44,665 nucleotides of DNA from Verrucomicrobiota bacterium (GCA_030834415.1 JAURFH010000003.1:1-44665), one strand, 5' to 3'; positions 27,661 to 37,468 are shown, counted from the stretch's first letter. Notes: generated from the letters alone by a model not told the origin. Translations and numbers: made by a program.

Positions 27661-28134
27661 CTACTTAATCTCCGAACCCTGCTGCTTCTCCAGAATCTTA
27701 TCAATCGTCTTGTCCAACAGGTCGCGGTAGGTCTTCACGTCGAGGCAGCGGGTATCGGGTGTGCCTTTCACTTCGTAGAGCCAGCCGGTGCCGAAGGAGT
27801 CTTTGTGGATGAGATTGATCTTTTCCTTGAGCACGGGATTCACACCGAGGAATTCGCCTTCCGCGATGCAGTAGATGTCGGAGATGGCCTTGAACCCCTC
27901 CACCCAGCCGACGATCTGGCCGGGCTTCACGGCGGCACCGGGCTGCACTTCCCACCCGTGATCCACCATCTCACCGAGCATGCGCGTGGCGAACTTCGTG
28001 AGGCCGATGCGCCAGATGCCTTCGCGGTCGGTCTTCGCGATCCAGCAATGTGACGGGCTGTAGAGATACTCCACCGGCATGTGGGTCACGAAGTGTGACC
28101 GTTTGTAGTAGAGTTTGTCGGTGCCCGTATTCAT
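27661..28134 (-). CDS. Glycine cleavage H-protein-like lipoyl-carrier protein
   Basis: YSPSHCWI, RIGLTKFA..LGE, VEGFKAISDIY (lipoyl-Lys retained), G....VNP.L, GWLY motifs. Confidence 0.85.
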   Translation of the reverse strand: MNTGTDKLYYKRSHFVTHMPVEYLYSPSHCWIAKTDREGIWRIGLTKFATRMLGEMVDHGWEVQPGAAVKPGQIVGWVEGFKAISDIYCIAEGEFLGVNPVLKEKINLIHKDSFGTGWLYEVKGTPDTRCLDVKTYRDLLDKTIDKILEKQQGSEIK

Positions 28135-28288
28135 GTGTCGTGTCGCGCAAAGGATGGGAACGAAGGGACGTTTGGCAAGCCTGTTAAGAGATTATCCGGA
28201 AAAACCTTCTTTAATCGTCATGCAATCGTAGAAGAATTGCGCAGTGACGCGGCGGACGGCTTGCGCTATCTAAGGCGCTGAACAAGAC

Positions 28289-29419
28289 GTGATCTACTTC
28301 GACCATAACGCGACGACACCTCTGAGCGCGACGGCCCGGGAAGCCTGGCTGCGCGCGAGCGAGGAGTTCATCGGCAATCCCTCGAGCCCACATCGCCTCG
28401 GCAGCCGTGCGGACCGGGCCTTGACGGAAGCGCGTGAGGAACTGGCGGCTATCCTGGGCTGCGATGCGTTGGATATCGTGTGGACCTCAGGCGCAACGGA
28501 GTCAAACAACCTGGTGCTGCATCACATCGCCCAGACTCTTCCGGAGTGTGCGGAGGTATGGGTATCTGCCATCGAGCATCCGTGTGTGCTGGCCGCTGCG
28601 CAGAAGTGGTTACCCGGAAGAGATAGCCTCATCCCGGTGACGCGCGAGGGCATGGTGGATAGTGGATGGATACGAAGCGAACTGGCCAAGACGCGCCCGG
28701 CACTCATCGCCATGATGGCGGCGAATAACGAAACCGGCATCCTGCAACCTTGGCGCGAAGTATCTGAGATGTGTCGCGATGCGGGCGTACCATTCTTTTG
28801 CGATGCCGCGCAGTGGCTGGGAAAATTGCCGGGCAAGGGTCTCGGTGAAGGCGATTTTGTCAGTGGATGCGCGCATAAGTTTGGCGGACCGAAGGGCGTC
28901 GGCTTCTTGAAATGCCCGGGCAAAGGGAAGGTTCATCCCTTGATCGTAGGCGGACCGCAAGAAGAGGAACGCCGCGCGGGCACGGAGAATGTGGCGGGCG
29001 TGATCGCGATGATGGCCGCGCTGCGCGAGCGCGAGGCAGCCCTGTCACGCGGCGAGCATATCGCATTGCATAATGCCAAGTTGGCGTTTGAAGCAGAGCT
29101 GCTGAAAGCCTTGCCGGGCAGTGAAATCGTCGGCGCAGGACAGGAAAGGCTCTGGAATACGGTCTCAGCACTGATGCCAGAGGCGGATTGCCAGCAGCGC
29201 TGGGTGGTGAAATTGGATAAAGCTGGTTTTGCAGTATCCACGGGGTCGGCGTGTTCGAGCGGAAAGGAGGTAGCCTCTCATGTCCTGACTGCACAAGGCT
29301 ACGGGCCGTCCGCCTCTAGCCGCGCTTTGCGTTTTAGCGGCGGCTGGGAAACTTCTCCAGAGGCTTGGAAAGCACTGAATGTCGCTCTGGGATTAGTCCA
29401 TTCCGGGATGAAATCTTGA
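28289..29419 (+). CDS. Cysteine desulfurase (IscS/NifS-like, class V aminotransferase)
   Basis: YFDHNATTP, TSGATESNN, IEHPCV, ANNETG, DAAQ, AHKFGGPKGVG (PLP Lys), RAGTEN and STGSACSS (catalytic Cys). Confidence 0.92.
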   Translation: MIYFDHNATTPLSATAREAWLRASEEFIGNPSSPHRLGSRADRALTEAREELAAILGCDALDIVWTSGATESNNLVLHHIAQTLPECAEVWVSAIEHPCVLAAAQKWLPGRDSLIPVTREGMVDSGWIRSELAKTRPALIAMMAANNETGILQPWREVSEMCRDAGVPFFCDAAQWLGKLPGKGLGEGDFVSGCAHKFGGPKGVGFLKCPGKGKVHPLIVGGPQEEERRAGTENVAGVIAMMAALREREAALSRGEHIALHNAKLAFEAELLKALPGSEIVGAGQERLWNTVSALMPEADCQQRWVVKLDKAGFAVSTGSACSSGKEVASHVLTAQGYGPSASSRALRFSGGWETSPEAWKALNVALGLVHSGMKS

Positions 29420-29589
29420 GCGAAAAGGGCTTTTTCAGGGTGAAAAATAGCCATTTCTTGCCAAAAGACCGCTTTAAAAACAGGTTTTTCGGTAAAGTTA
29501 GCAAAACCAGTTGACGCGACTCGCCCGCCCTGTTTTCCTCCTGACCCTAAGGCGTACCCAGTTTTTCAGACAGAACCTAAATTAGGTCC

Positions 29590-29991
29590 ATGCAGACGCA
29601 GTCAAACAGTTCCAACCGGCCGTTGGTCTTCATCGTAGATGATGAACCGATGATTGGAGAGCTCATCAGCTCGTATCTGCGGGTGGAGGGCCTGCGAGTG
29701 GAGTTCTTCGATCAGCCGCTAGTGGCTTTGGCCGCCTTCGAGCAAGCCAATCCCAAACCAGCCGTCCTGCTGACGGATTATCAGATGCCGGATATGAGCG
29801 GACTGGAGCTGATCCAAGCCTGCCGCGCTCTGTATCCCGACCTGAAAACCATCTCCATCAGCGGGACCATGACGGATTCGGACATGGAAGAAGCTGGTAT
29901 TGCCCCCGACCGCCTCGTCCGCAAGCCCTTCGCCCCGTCTGACTTGCTCCAGCCCATCCGCGAGTTGTTGGGGTTGGTTCTGGTCAAGTAA
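29590..29991 (+). CDS. Single-domain response regulator (receiver)
   Basis: IVDDE, TDYQMPDMSGLEL, SISG and KPF motifs. Confidence 0.9.
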   Translation: MQTQSNSSNRPLVFIVDDEPMIGELISSYLRVEGLRVEFFDQPLVALAAFEQANPKPAVLLTDYQMPDMSGLELIQACRALYPDLKTISISGTMTDSDMEEAGIAPDRLVRKPFAPSDLLQPIRELLGLVLVK

Positions 29992-30107
29992 GCTGACGAT
30001 TCCCCAAGCGTTTCTCCCCTTTTGGACAGTCATCTCCCGCTTGCACGGCATACTTGCCCCCGCCCTGCTAAGTTGCTAGCGTCTCCGTTCCTTTTGATAG
30101 GGTTGCG

Positions 30108-32939
30108 ATGGACTACAAGAATACGTTGAACTTGCCGCAGACGGACTTCTCCATGAAGGCCGATCTGGTGACGCGCGAACCGGAACGCCTGAAAGCCTGG
30201 CAACAAGCCGGGCTCTACGGCCAAATCCAGGCCCGTTGCGCTGGTGCGCCGAAATTTGTGCTGCATGATGGACCGCCCTTCGCCAATGGCGATGTGCACA
30301 TCGGCACCGCGCTCAACAAGATCCTGAAGGACATCATCATCAAACAGCGTACGTTGACGGGATTTGATGCGCCGTATGTGCCGGGCTGGGACTGCCATGG
30401 TCTGCCCATCGAGGCCAAGGTAACGCAGGAACTCCGCAAGGCCGGCAATGATACCGCTGACGCCGCCACCATCCGGACGGCGTGCGATACCTACGCGCGC
30501 AAATACATCGATCTGCAGCGTTCGCAATTCAAGCGCCTCGGTGTGTTCGGTGATTGGGAGAATCCCTACCTCACTCTGAACAAGGAATACGAGGCGGCGG
30601 AGCTGGGTCTCTTTGCCGATATCGTAGCGCAAGGATTTGTGTATCGCGGCAAGAAGCCGGTGTATTGGAGCATCCCTTACAAGACCGCGCTCGCGGAGGC
30701 GGAAGTGGAATACAACGACCACGTGAGCCAGTCTGTGTATGTGAAGTTCCCGGTGGTCGGTGAGCCGGGCTTGAACCTGCTCATCTGGACGACCACGCCG
30801 TGGACGCTGCCCGCAAACCTCGCGGTGGCTTACAATCCGAAACTCATTTACTCCCTCGTGCAGGCGGATGGTGCCGGCTATATCGTGTGTGATGCGCTTC
30901 TCTCCACCGTCGCCTCCAAGTGCGGCTGGAGCAACTGGACCATCGCGCGCACGATGAGTGAGAGCGACTTTGCGTCGATGGAGTATCAGCATCCTTTCTG
31001 CGCGCGCACCGGCAAGCTGTATCCGGCGGACTTCGTGGAAGACACGGCTGGTACCGGCTTCGTGCATATCGCACCCGGCCACGGCACAGAGGATTACAAC
31101 CTTGGCCGCAGTCTGGGTCTGCCAGTGTATTCCCCCGTGGATGATAACGGCTGCCTGGCGCACACGAATGATTTGCCCGCCGAGCAACAAATGCCTGCCG
31201 AACTCATCGGCCTCTCTACGTTGGAGAAGCATGGTGAGAGCGATGCGAATCGCGGCGTACTGCATATTCTGCGCGTGGGCAAATACCTCGCGCATGAGGA
31301 GAAATACCACCACAGCTACCCGCATTGCTGGCGCAGCAAGACGCCAATCATCTTCCGCGCGATGGACCAGTGGTTCATCAAGATCGATCATGAGGTCGGG
31401 ACTGAAGGGAAAACCTTCCGCCAACAAGCGCTCGCCGAGATCGATAATGTCGCGTGGGTGCCCGATTGGGGCGTCAATCGTATCAAGGGCGCAGTGCAAT
31501 CACGTCCGGACTGGTGCATCTCGCGTCAGCGCACATGGGGCGTGCCGATCCCGGCATTCTACGATGCGGAGAAGAATCCCATCCTCGATCCAGTAGTGAT
31601 CCGTAATGTCGCCACCTTGGTGAAAGAGCATGGCTCGAACGTATGGTTTGAAAAATCCGCTGAGGAACTCTGGGCTTTGGTGAAGCCAGCCGATTGGCAA
31701 GGCGCCGATGCGACTGGCAAATCGAACGACACGCTCGATGTGTGGATCGATTCCGGTTCGTCCTCACGCGCGGTCATCGCGGCGCGCGAAGAATTGCGTG
31801 GCAAAGGTGACAAGCCGTTCCAGGCGGATGTGTATCTCGAAGGTTCGGATCAGCATCGCGGCTGGTTCCAGTCCTCTTTGTTGCTCTCGCTCGCGGGCAA
31901 TGGTGCCGCGCCCTACAAGACCGTGCTCACGCATGGCTTCATGGTGGATGCTGATCGTGAGAAGATCTCCAAGAGCAAGCAGGGCGGCTATGAGAAACCC
32001 CAGACCGCCGATGCTTACGTGAAGCAATGGGGTGCGGATGTGGTGCGTCTGTGGGTATCCTCGCAGGATTACCGCAGTGATATCGTGGTCAGCGAAGAGC
32101 GGATCAAGAAAGTTGCCGAGACGTATCGCGGTATCCGCAACTGCCTGCGCTACCAGCTCTCCAATCTGTTCGATTTCAATCCGGCCGCGGATGCCGTTGC
32201 CGATGACCAGCTCACCGGCCTGGACCGCTGGGTGCTCGGTGAGTTCGCGAAGCTGGAGGAGGCTGTGCAAGCCGCTTACAGTGCGTATGAATTCCATGTC
32301 GTTTATCAGAAGCTGAGCCAGTTCGTAGCGGTGGAGCTTTCCTCCATCTACCACGACGTCATCAAAGACCGGCTCTACACGGACCCGGCAAATTCAAACC
32401 GCCGTCGCTCCAGCCAGACCGCGCTCCATCGCATCGTGAGCGGCCTGTGCCAGATGCTCGCGCCGCTGCTCGCCTACACGGCGGATGAGGCGTGGGAATT
32501 CATCCCGGGCAACAAAGGCACTTCGGTGCACGCTTCGGATTGGAAGCCTACGAGCTTTGCCCGCACAGAAGCCGAACAGGAAGCTTGGAAAACCTTGTTC
32601 GCCCTGCGCGTGGAAGCGTTGCCGGAACTCGAGAAGGCGCGCCAATCCAAGTTGATCGGTAAAGCGCTGGAAGCAAATCTGACGGTCACCGGCAAGCCCG
32701 AGTCACTAAAGGCGGCGCAGGAGAATGAAGCGGATTTCCGCGAACTACTGAACGTCTCGCAACTCACCTTTGCCACCAGTGAAGCCGAGCAAATCAGCTA
32801 CACCGTGAGCAAAGCTTCCGGCGAGAAATGCGAACGCTGCTGGCACTGGGAAAATGACATCGGCCAAAACGCAGAACACACGACCTTGTGCGGACGCTGC
32901 GTGGAGGCGGTGAAGGTATCCTTGGCGGGCAAGGCGTAG
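30108..32939 (+). CDS. ileS: Isoleucyl-tRNA synthetase (type 1)
   Basis: DYKNTLNLPQT, LHDGPPFANG, HIGT, GWDCHGLPIE, WTTTPWTLP, GTGFVH, WCISRQR, EGSDQHRGWFQ, KISKS and C-terminal CERCW..CGRC zinc finger. Confidence 0.97.
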   Translation: MDYKNTLNLPQTDFSMKADLVTREPERLKAWQQAGLYGQIQARCAGAPKFVLHDGPPFANGDVHIGTALNKILKDIIIKQRTLTGFDAPYVPGWDCHGLPIEAKVTQELRKAGNDTADAATIRTACDTYARKYIDLQRSQFKRLGVFGDWENPYLTLNKEYEAAELGLFADIVAQGFVYRGKKPVYWSIPYKTALAEAEVEYNDHVSQSVYVKFPVVGEPGLNLLIWTTTPWTLPANLAVAYNPKLIYSLVQADGAGYIVCDALLSTVASKCGWSNWTIARTMSESDFASMEYQHPFCARTGKLYPADFVEDTAGTGFVHIAPGHGTEDYNLGRSLGLPVYSPVDDNGCLAHTNDLPAEQQMPAELIGLSTLEKHGESDANRGVLHILRVGKYLAHEEKYHHSYPHCWRSKTPIIFRAMDQWFIKIDHEVGTEGKTFRQQALAEIDNVAWVPDWGVNRIKGAVQSRPDWCISRQRTWGVPIPAFYDAEKNPILDPVVIRNVATLVKEHGSNVWFEKSAEELWALVKPADWQGADATGKSNDTLDVWIDSGSSSRAVIAAREELRGKGDKPFQADVYLEGSDQHRGWFQSSLLLSLAGNGAAPYKTVLTHGFMVDADREKISKSKQGGYEKPQTADAYVKQWGADVVRLWVSSQDYRSDIVVSEERIKKVAETYRGIRNCLRYQLSNLFDFNPAADAVADDQLTGLDRWVLGEFAKLEEAVQAAYSAYEFHVVYQKLSQFVAVELSSIYHDVIKDRLYTDPANSNRRRSSQTALHRIVSGLCQMLAPLLAYTADEAWEFIPGNKGTSVHASDWKPTSFARTEAEQEAWKTLFALRVEALPELEKARQSKLIGKALEANLTVTGKPESLKAAQENEADFRELLNVSQLTFATSEAEQISYTVSKASGEKCERCWHWENDIGQNAEHTTLCGRCVEAVKVSLAGKA

Positions 32940-32990
32940 CATTTCCTCGGCAAAGATAGCAGCTTGTGCTAAACTAAGCGCAACGAAACT

Positions 32991-33437
32991 GTGAAAGAAT
33001 TCATACAACGCTGGTTGATCACCACGGTAGCTGTGCTCGTGGCGGCGCATATCATTCCCGGCATCGGCTATGACCGCGTGACGGATCTGGTAGTCGCCTC
33101 TTTGCTGCTGGGCGTTTTGAATGCCATCGCGCGGCCCATTCTCATGGTGCTTTCGCTGCCGTTGGTCATCCTCACGCTGGGCTTGTTCCTATTGGTCATC
33201 AATGCCCTGTTGCTCTCCTTCGTCGGCTGGCTGGTGAAAGGCTTTCACGTAGGTGGGTTCTGGTCGGCCTTTTTCGGAGCCCTGGTCATCAGTATCGTGG
33301 GCGTGATCCTGAATACTTTGACCGGCACGGGGAATTCCCGAGTGAAGGTGAACAGCCAGACCAATCAGGGTCAACCACAGCAACGCCGTCGGGATGATGA
33401 TGACAAGGGCGGTGGCGGCCCCATCATCGATGTCTAA
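32991..33437 (+). CDS. 4-TM phage-holin superfamily IV (YvlD-like) membrane protein
   Basis: LLGVLNAIARPIL..LSLP..ILTLGLF..VINA and GF.V.GFWSAF.GAL motifs. Confidence 0.85.
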   Translation: MKEFIQRWLITTVAVLVAAHIIPGIGYDRVTDLVVASLLLGVLNAIARPILMVLSLPLVILTLGLFLLVINALLLSFVGWLVKGFHVGGFWSAFFGALVISIVGVILNTLTGTGNSRVKVNSQTNQGQPQQRRRDDDDKGGGGPIIDV

Positions 33438-33445
33438 GCGGTTTC

Positions 33446-34057
33446 CTACCGCTTCCGGTAGGCGGCGTAATTCGTCGGGATACCCTTCGCGTTGAACTCG
33501 CGCTCGAAATCCGTTTTGACGGCGCTCAACTCTTCCGGAGTCTCCACCTTCTCAAACTTCTGGTTCGCATCGAACACCGTCACCATCTGTTCGAAATAGT
33601 CCGTATCATCCGTGCGCAAGTAAACGATGCCCCGGTCTTTCAAAGCCCGGTGGGCCAGCTCGGTAAAGCGCTCGTTCACCAAGCGGTGACGGCGATGCTT
33701 CTTCTTCGGCCACGGGTCCGCGAAGTAGATATGGATGATATCCACAGAGCCAGCCGGGAGGAGATACTCGGTGAAATAAGCGCCCTCGATGCGTAAGCCA
33801 CGGAGGTTTTTTAAACCCATGCGCAGCGCCTTGCGCTCTACCTTCTTGAGCCGTCCGTAGAGGCGTTCCACGCCCAAGAAATTATGTTCCGGATGCAAGG
33901 CGGCGTAATTCACCAGGAAAGAGCCATCACCAGCGCCGATCTCGACTTCCAGCGGTTGGGGCGTACTGAATATCTGATCGATCTTCAAAGGTTCGAAGAA
34001 CGATTGCGGACGGAAAAGCAGACTGGGGGCCGGAGCGGCGGTCGGAGACTGGCTCAT
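33446..34057 (-). CDS. trmB: tRNA (guanine-N7)-methyltransferase
   Basis: EIGAGDG, FLGVE, FADPWPKKKH.RHRL, RTD and TDFE motifs. Confidence 0.93.
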   Translation of the reverse strand: MSQSPTAAPAPSLLFRPQSFFEPLKIDQIFSTPQPLEVEIGAGDGSFLVNYAALHPEHNFLGVERLYGRLKKVERKALRMGLKNLRGLRIEGAYFTEYLLPAGSVDIIHIYFADPWPKKKHRRHRLVNERFTELAHRALKDRGIVYLRTDDTDYFEQMVTVFDANQKFEKVETPEELSAVKTDFEREFNAKGIPTNYAAYRKR

Positions 34058-35262
34058 GATTTCACTTCTTTCGGGGCACGGCTGACGAAGAGCGCCAAAG
34101 AGGCCGTGTAACCATGGAGAAAATTCTTATCACCCACCGGACCGATCTCCCCGTTGCAGAAGAAACCGGTGAGCGCCACATCACCCAGCTCGCTTTGGAT
34201 CAGGGAGGCATCGTGGTTCGACTCGCCAAAGAGGCCGGTGCCGCGGCCATTGCAGCAATGCAAGGAGCCGCCGTAGATGATGCGCCCGTCGAGATCCGTT
34301 TTCACCCGCTCCAGCAGGGCGGTCATGTCCTCAGTGGCGGCATCCGCATCGCGTCGTTGGAACTGGATGGTCTGGCCGGGGCGAGGATAGGCGGCCACGA
34401 CGAGTACGCCTTTGTTCGGATCACCGCCTACTAGATTACGGATGAGAAAATCACCGCGATGGAATTCTTCCAGATATTCGTTGATGACGAGACCGACGAA
34501 CAGGTTGCCGCGCAAGCGCATCTTGTCCTTGTCCGGCAGTTGCTCAAAAGTCTCGGTGAGGATGGAATACGCAGGCTTGTTGCCGATCTCAAAGATCAGA
34601 TTGCCGTCTGTGCGGGTGATGGTCCAGGTCTCGCCGATGGGTGTGCAGCCTTGGGAGATGACACTGGCGATCTCCACCTCGCCGCCGATGGACAAGGCCA
34701 CGCCGCCTTCATCATAGACCTCGCCGTTCAGGTAGATCTGGGTGCTGCGCTCCTGATAGACGCCGCTGGCCAATCCACCGATGATGGGAGTGGGAGCATA
34801 GGCTTCGTTCCATTGCTTGAGCCATTCTTCGGAATCCAGATTGAAGGGATCGGCAAAGACCAGCCAGCCATTGGTGGCATCAGGGGAAATCCCGGTCTCA
34901 TCATACCAATAATCCGGACTGGTGCAGGCTTCCACCTGGCTTTGGTCAAAATGTTTGGCCGTCAATTTGGCGCCGGGAAGGTAGTAAAGGCCCAAGACCA
35001 AGCCAGGCATTTCCTCAATCTCTTGACCTCCACAGACGAGGCTTTCACTGGAGCATCCGAGCAGCAGCGGCACCCGGGCATGGAGGCGCAAGGTCTCCAG
35101 CACTTGAGCGGCATGCGGGAAATAATGCGGGGTCATGAACACCAGTCCGAGGGTGACTTGCGGGGTCTGCAACTGGCTGCGGAGATTCGCGGCCCAGGCT
35201 TCCAGCCCGTCCTCGTCATACTCTCCGGCCCAGTGACCGCAAACCGCATACGGCGTTCGCAT
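34054..35262 (-). CDS. FIST N/C-domain protein
   Basis: LLGCS, DPF, IIGGLASG, SQGC.PIG, IRNL.G.D, QFQRRD, CCNGRG and GFFCNGEIGP motifs. Confidence 0.9.
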   Translation of the reverse strand: MRTPYAVCGHWAGEYDEDGLEAWAANLRSQLQTPQVTLGLVFMTPHYFPHAAQVLETLRLHARVPLLLGCSSESLVCGGQEIEEMPGLVLGLYYLPGAKLTAKHFDQSQVEACTSPDYWYDETGISPDATNGWLVFADPFNLDSEEWLKQWNEAYAPTPIIGGLASGVYQERSTQIYLNGEVYDEGGVALSIGGEVEIASVISQGCTPIGETWTITRTDGNLIFEIGNKPAYSILTETFEQLPDKDKMRLRGNLFVGLVINEYLEEFHRGDFLIRNLVGGDPNKGVLVVAAYPRPGQTIQFQRRDADAATEDMTALLERVKTDLDGRIIYGGSLHCCNGRGTGLFGESNHDASLIQSELGDVALTGFFCNGEIGPVGDKNFLHGYTASLALFVSRAPKEVKS

Positions 35263-35268
35263 GAGGAA

Positions 35269-35351
35269 AGTCTAACGGCGGATGGCGTGAGAGTAAAATG
35301 GAAGATGCAAAAGCGAAGAGGATTACTTTTTCCAAAATCTTGTGCTATGCT
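35269..35351. promoter_or_regulatory. Divergent sigma70-type promoters for FIST (-) and ald (+), both apparently leaderless
   Basis: Minus: TTTACT(35297-35292)-17-TAGACT(35274-35269)-6 nt-ATG. Plus: TTACTT(35323-35328)-17-TATGCT(35346-35351, extended TG)-6 nt-ATG. Confidence 0.6.
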
Positions 35352-35357
35352 CACAGC

Positions 35358-36458
35358 ATGATCATCGGCGTTCCCCTGGAAATCAAAAATAAGGAGTTCC
35401 GCGTCGGCCTGCTGCCATCAGCCGTTTACCAGTTGATAAAGCGCGGTCATCAAGTGGTCGTAGAGCAAGGTGCCGGAGCGGGCTCTGGGTTCCCCGACAC
35501 CGATTACGAGAAAGCCGGAGCCCGGATGGTGGCGGAACATGCCGCGGTGTTCCAGCAGGCCGAGCTGATCGTGAAGGTAAAGGAACCACAGGCAGCCGAA
35601 CTCCCCTTACTGCAAAGCGGGCAGATGCTGTTCACCTATCTGCATCTGGCGGCGAGCCGGGACTTGACTGAGGGATTGTTGAAATCCGGTGTAACCGGGA
35701 TTGCTTATGAAACGGTGAATGTGCGCGGGCGTTTGCCTTTGCTGGAGCCGATGAGTGAGATCGCCGGGCGGATGTCAGCATTGATGGGCGGGTATTATCT
35801 TTCCAAACATCGCGGCGGCAATGGTGTGCTACTAAGTGGAGTGGCGGGGGTATTACCCGGCAAGGTAGTAGTGATAGGCGGTGGCACGGCAGGCATCAAT
35901 GCCGCGCGCATGGCAGGTGGACTGGGCGCAGACGTGACCATCTTGGAGGTGGATCTGGAGCGGATGCACTATCTGGACATCACACTGCACTCGGCACACA
36001 CGTTGTATTCGAGTGAGGCGCATCTGATGGACCTGTTACCCAGCGTGGACTTGCTGGTGGGAGCGGTGCTGGTGCCAGGAGCGAAGGCGCCCAAATTGAT
36101 CCGGCGCGAAATGCTCCAGCGGATGCGACCGGGCAGTGTATTAGTGGATATCGCCATCGACCAAGGCGGCTGTGCGGAGACTTCACGACCCACGACCCAT
36201 GACGACCCGGTCTTCGTGGAGGAAGAGGTGACGCATTATTGCGTAGCGAATATGCCGGCCGCCTATGCGCGGACCGCCACGCAAGCATTGACCAACGTGA
36301 CCTACCGCTACGTGGAATTGCTGGCCGATCACGGACTCAAAGAAGCCTGTCTGTTGCAACCGGAACTGAAGGGCGGCATCAACATCAAGACTGGCGAGGT
36401 GACCTGCAAAGCGGTGGCCGATGCGCACGGGATGAAGTGGACGGAACTGTCGTTGTGA
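35358..36458 (+). CDS. ald: Alanine dehydrogenase
   Basis: MIIGVP.EIKN.E.RV, KVKEP, FTYLHLAA, PLL.PMSEIAGR, GGGTAG.NAA, AVLVPGAKAP, IDQGGC.ETS and HYCVANMP motifs. Confidence 0.96.
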   Translation: MIIGVPLEIKNKEFRVGLLPSAVYQLIKRGHQVVVEQGAGAGSGFPDTDYEKAGARMVAEHAAVFQQAELIVKVKEPQAAELPLLQSGQMLFTYLHLAASRDLTEGLLKSGVTGIAYETVNVRGRLPLLEPMSEIAGRMSALMGGYYLSKHRGGNGVLLSGVAGVLPGKVVVIGGGTAGINAARMAGGLGADVTILEVDLERMHYLDITLHSAHTLYSSEAHLMDLLPSVDLLVGAVLVPGAKAPKLIRREMLQRMRPGSVLVDIAIDQGGCAETSRPTTHDDPVFVEEEVTHYCVANMPAAYARTATQALTNVTYRYVELLADHGLKEACLLQPELKGGINIKTGEVTCKAVADAHGMKWTELSL

Positions 36459-36522
36459 GCTTTAATGATTCGCAAACCCGTATTCAGCTTGGCTGCGCAA
36501 AATGCTTAACTAGAAACACACT

Positions 36523-37020
36523 ATGAAGTCATCAATGCTACTTTGGACTTTGATTTTCGGCCTATGCCTCCAGCACTCAACCTACTCGCAAGACGCCAAG
36601 AAAACGGAGACTGCTGCACCCGCGAAATCCAAGGCTACCCAGGAAGATTTGGAGGCGAAGTTCAAGACTACGATGACGAAGTGCATCATGGCCGGGCGCT
36701 GGTGTTCCGTGAAAGATGGTGAAATGGGACCGGAGAAGGAGGATAAGTACACCATCCAAAGTGTAGGCAAGGTAAGCGGTGACGATTGGGTGATCACCAC
36801 GCGCATCCAGTATGGCAAGCGCGACATCGTGGCACCCATCCCCATCAAGGTGAAATGGGCAGGAGATACGGCAGTGATCATCGTGGACAACGTGCCGGTG
36901 CCGGGCGGTGGAGTATATTCCGCGCGGGTGATGGTGTTCGGAAACACTTACTCCGGTTCATGGACTGGTGGCGATCACGGTGGACTCTTGAATGGAGTGA
37001 TCTCGCCGCAGAAGGAATAG
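36523..37020 (+). CDS. Secreted hypothetical protein (beta-rich)
   Basis: Signal peptide, fills the gap between ald and arsR, coding-like composition; no recognisable motif. Confidence 0.7.
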   Translation: MKSSMLLWTLIFGLCLQHSTYSQDAKKTETAAPAKSKATQEDLEAKFKTTMTKCIMAGRWCSVKDGEMGPEKEDKYTIQSVGKVSGDDWVITTRIQYGKRDIVAPIPIKVKWAGDTAVIIVDNVPVPGGGVYSARVMVFGNTYSGSWTGGDHGGLLNGVISPQKE

Positions 37021-37028
37021 GCGCGATC

Positions 37029-37358
37029 TCAGCCTTTTTTCTGGTCGAACTGGAAGGAGCAGCAGCCGAGGTCGAGGCAGGTCTTGTCCGATGACATGCG
37101 GCGGCGGAAGTCAGGTGTCACCGTGTATTCATGCACCCGGCCCTGTATGTTTTGCTCCACCAAACCGGCCTCCCGCAGGATGCGCAGGTGCTTGGAGGCA
37201 TTGTATTGCGTCAGGGATAGTTCCGTTGCCACTGCCCCCACGCTGAGCGGCTGCCGCATGAGCAGGCGCACGATGGCAAAGCGCGTTTCATCCGCCAGCG
37301 CCTTGAGCCAAGGCACGCAATCACTGGAACTGGTTTTGCCGGAGTTATCCTTACCCAC
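37029..37358 (-). CDS. ArsR/SmtB-family transcriptional regulator
   Basis: LKALADETR..IV, SVG.V...L.LTQYNASKHLRILREAGLV; C-terminal CLDLGCC. Confidence 0.9.
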   Translation of the reverse strand: MGKDNSGKTSSSDCVPWLKALADETRFAIVRLLMRQPLSVGAVATELSLTQYNASKHLRILREAGLVEQNIQGRVHEYTVTPDFRRRMSSDKTCLDLGCCSFQFDQKKG

Positions 37359-37364
37359 GCGCTG

Positions 37365-37431
37365 AGGTTAAACATTTTTCCGCGCCGAAGCAAATAGGTT
37401 GGTTGAATCTGTATCCTCAGTGAATTAGACT
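37365..37431. promoter_or_regulatory. Back-to-back sigma70-type promoters for arsR (-) and the CobW-like gene (+)
   Basis: Minus: TTGCTT(37393-37388)-17-TAACCT(37370-37365)-6 nt-GTG. Plus: TTGAAT(37403-37408)-17-TAGACT(37426-37431). Confidence 0.6.
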
Positions 37432-37468
37432 GGTAGCAAGTCCGTCAGACAGCTTTGTTTTGAATATT

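Noticed and set aside
30030-31499. 489-aa antisense ORF over ileS (also 42455..43738, 12821..13909, 34459..35361 and many shorter ones)
   Set aside because: Shadow ORFs expected from high-GC codon bias; they lie opposite well-supported genes and show no motifs.
32991-33437. Holin-family gene as evidence of a prophage
   Set aside because: YvlD-like proteins are common chromosomal membrane proteins; no endolysin, integrase or structural genes are nearby.
37392-37405. 14-mer AAATAGGTTGGTTG identical to part of the sRNA candidate (reverse complement at 2004-2017)
   Set aside because: Lies between two divergent -35 elements, so is probably untranscribed; a single low-complexity 14-mer match can arise by chance.
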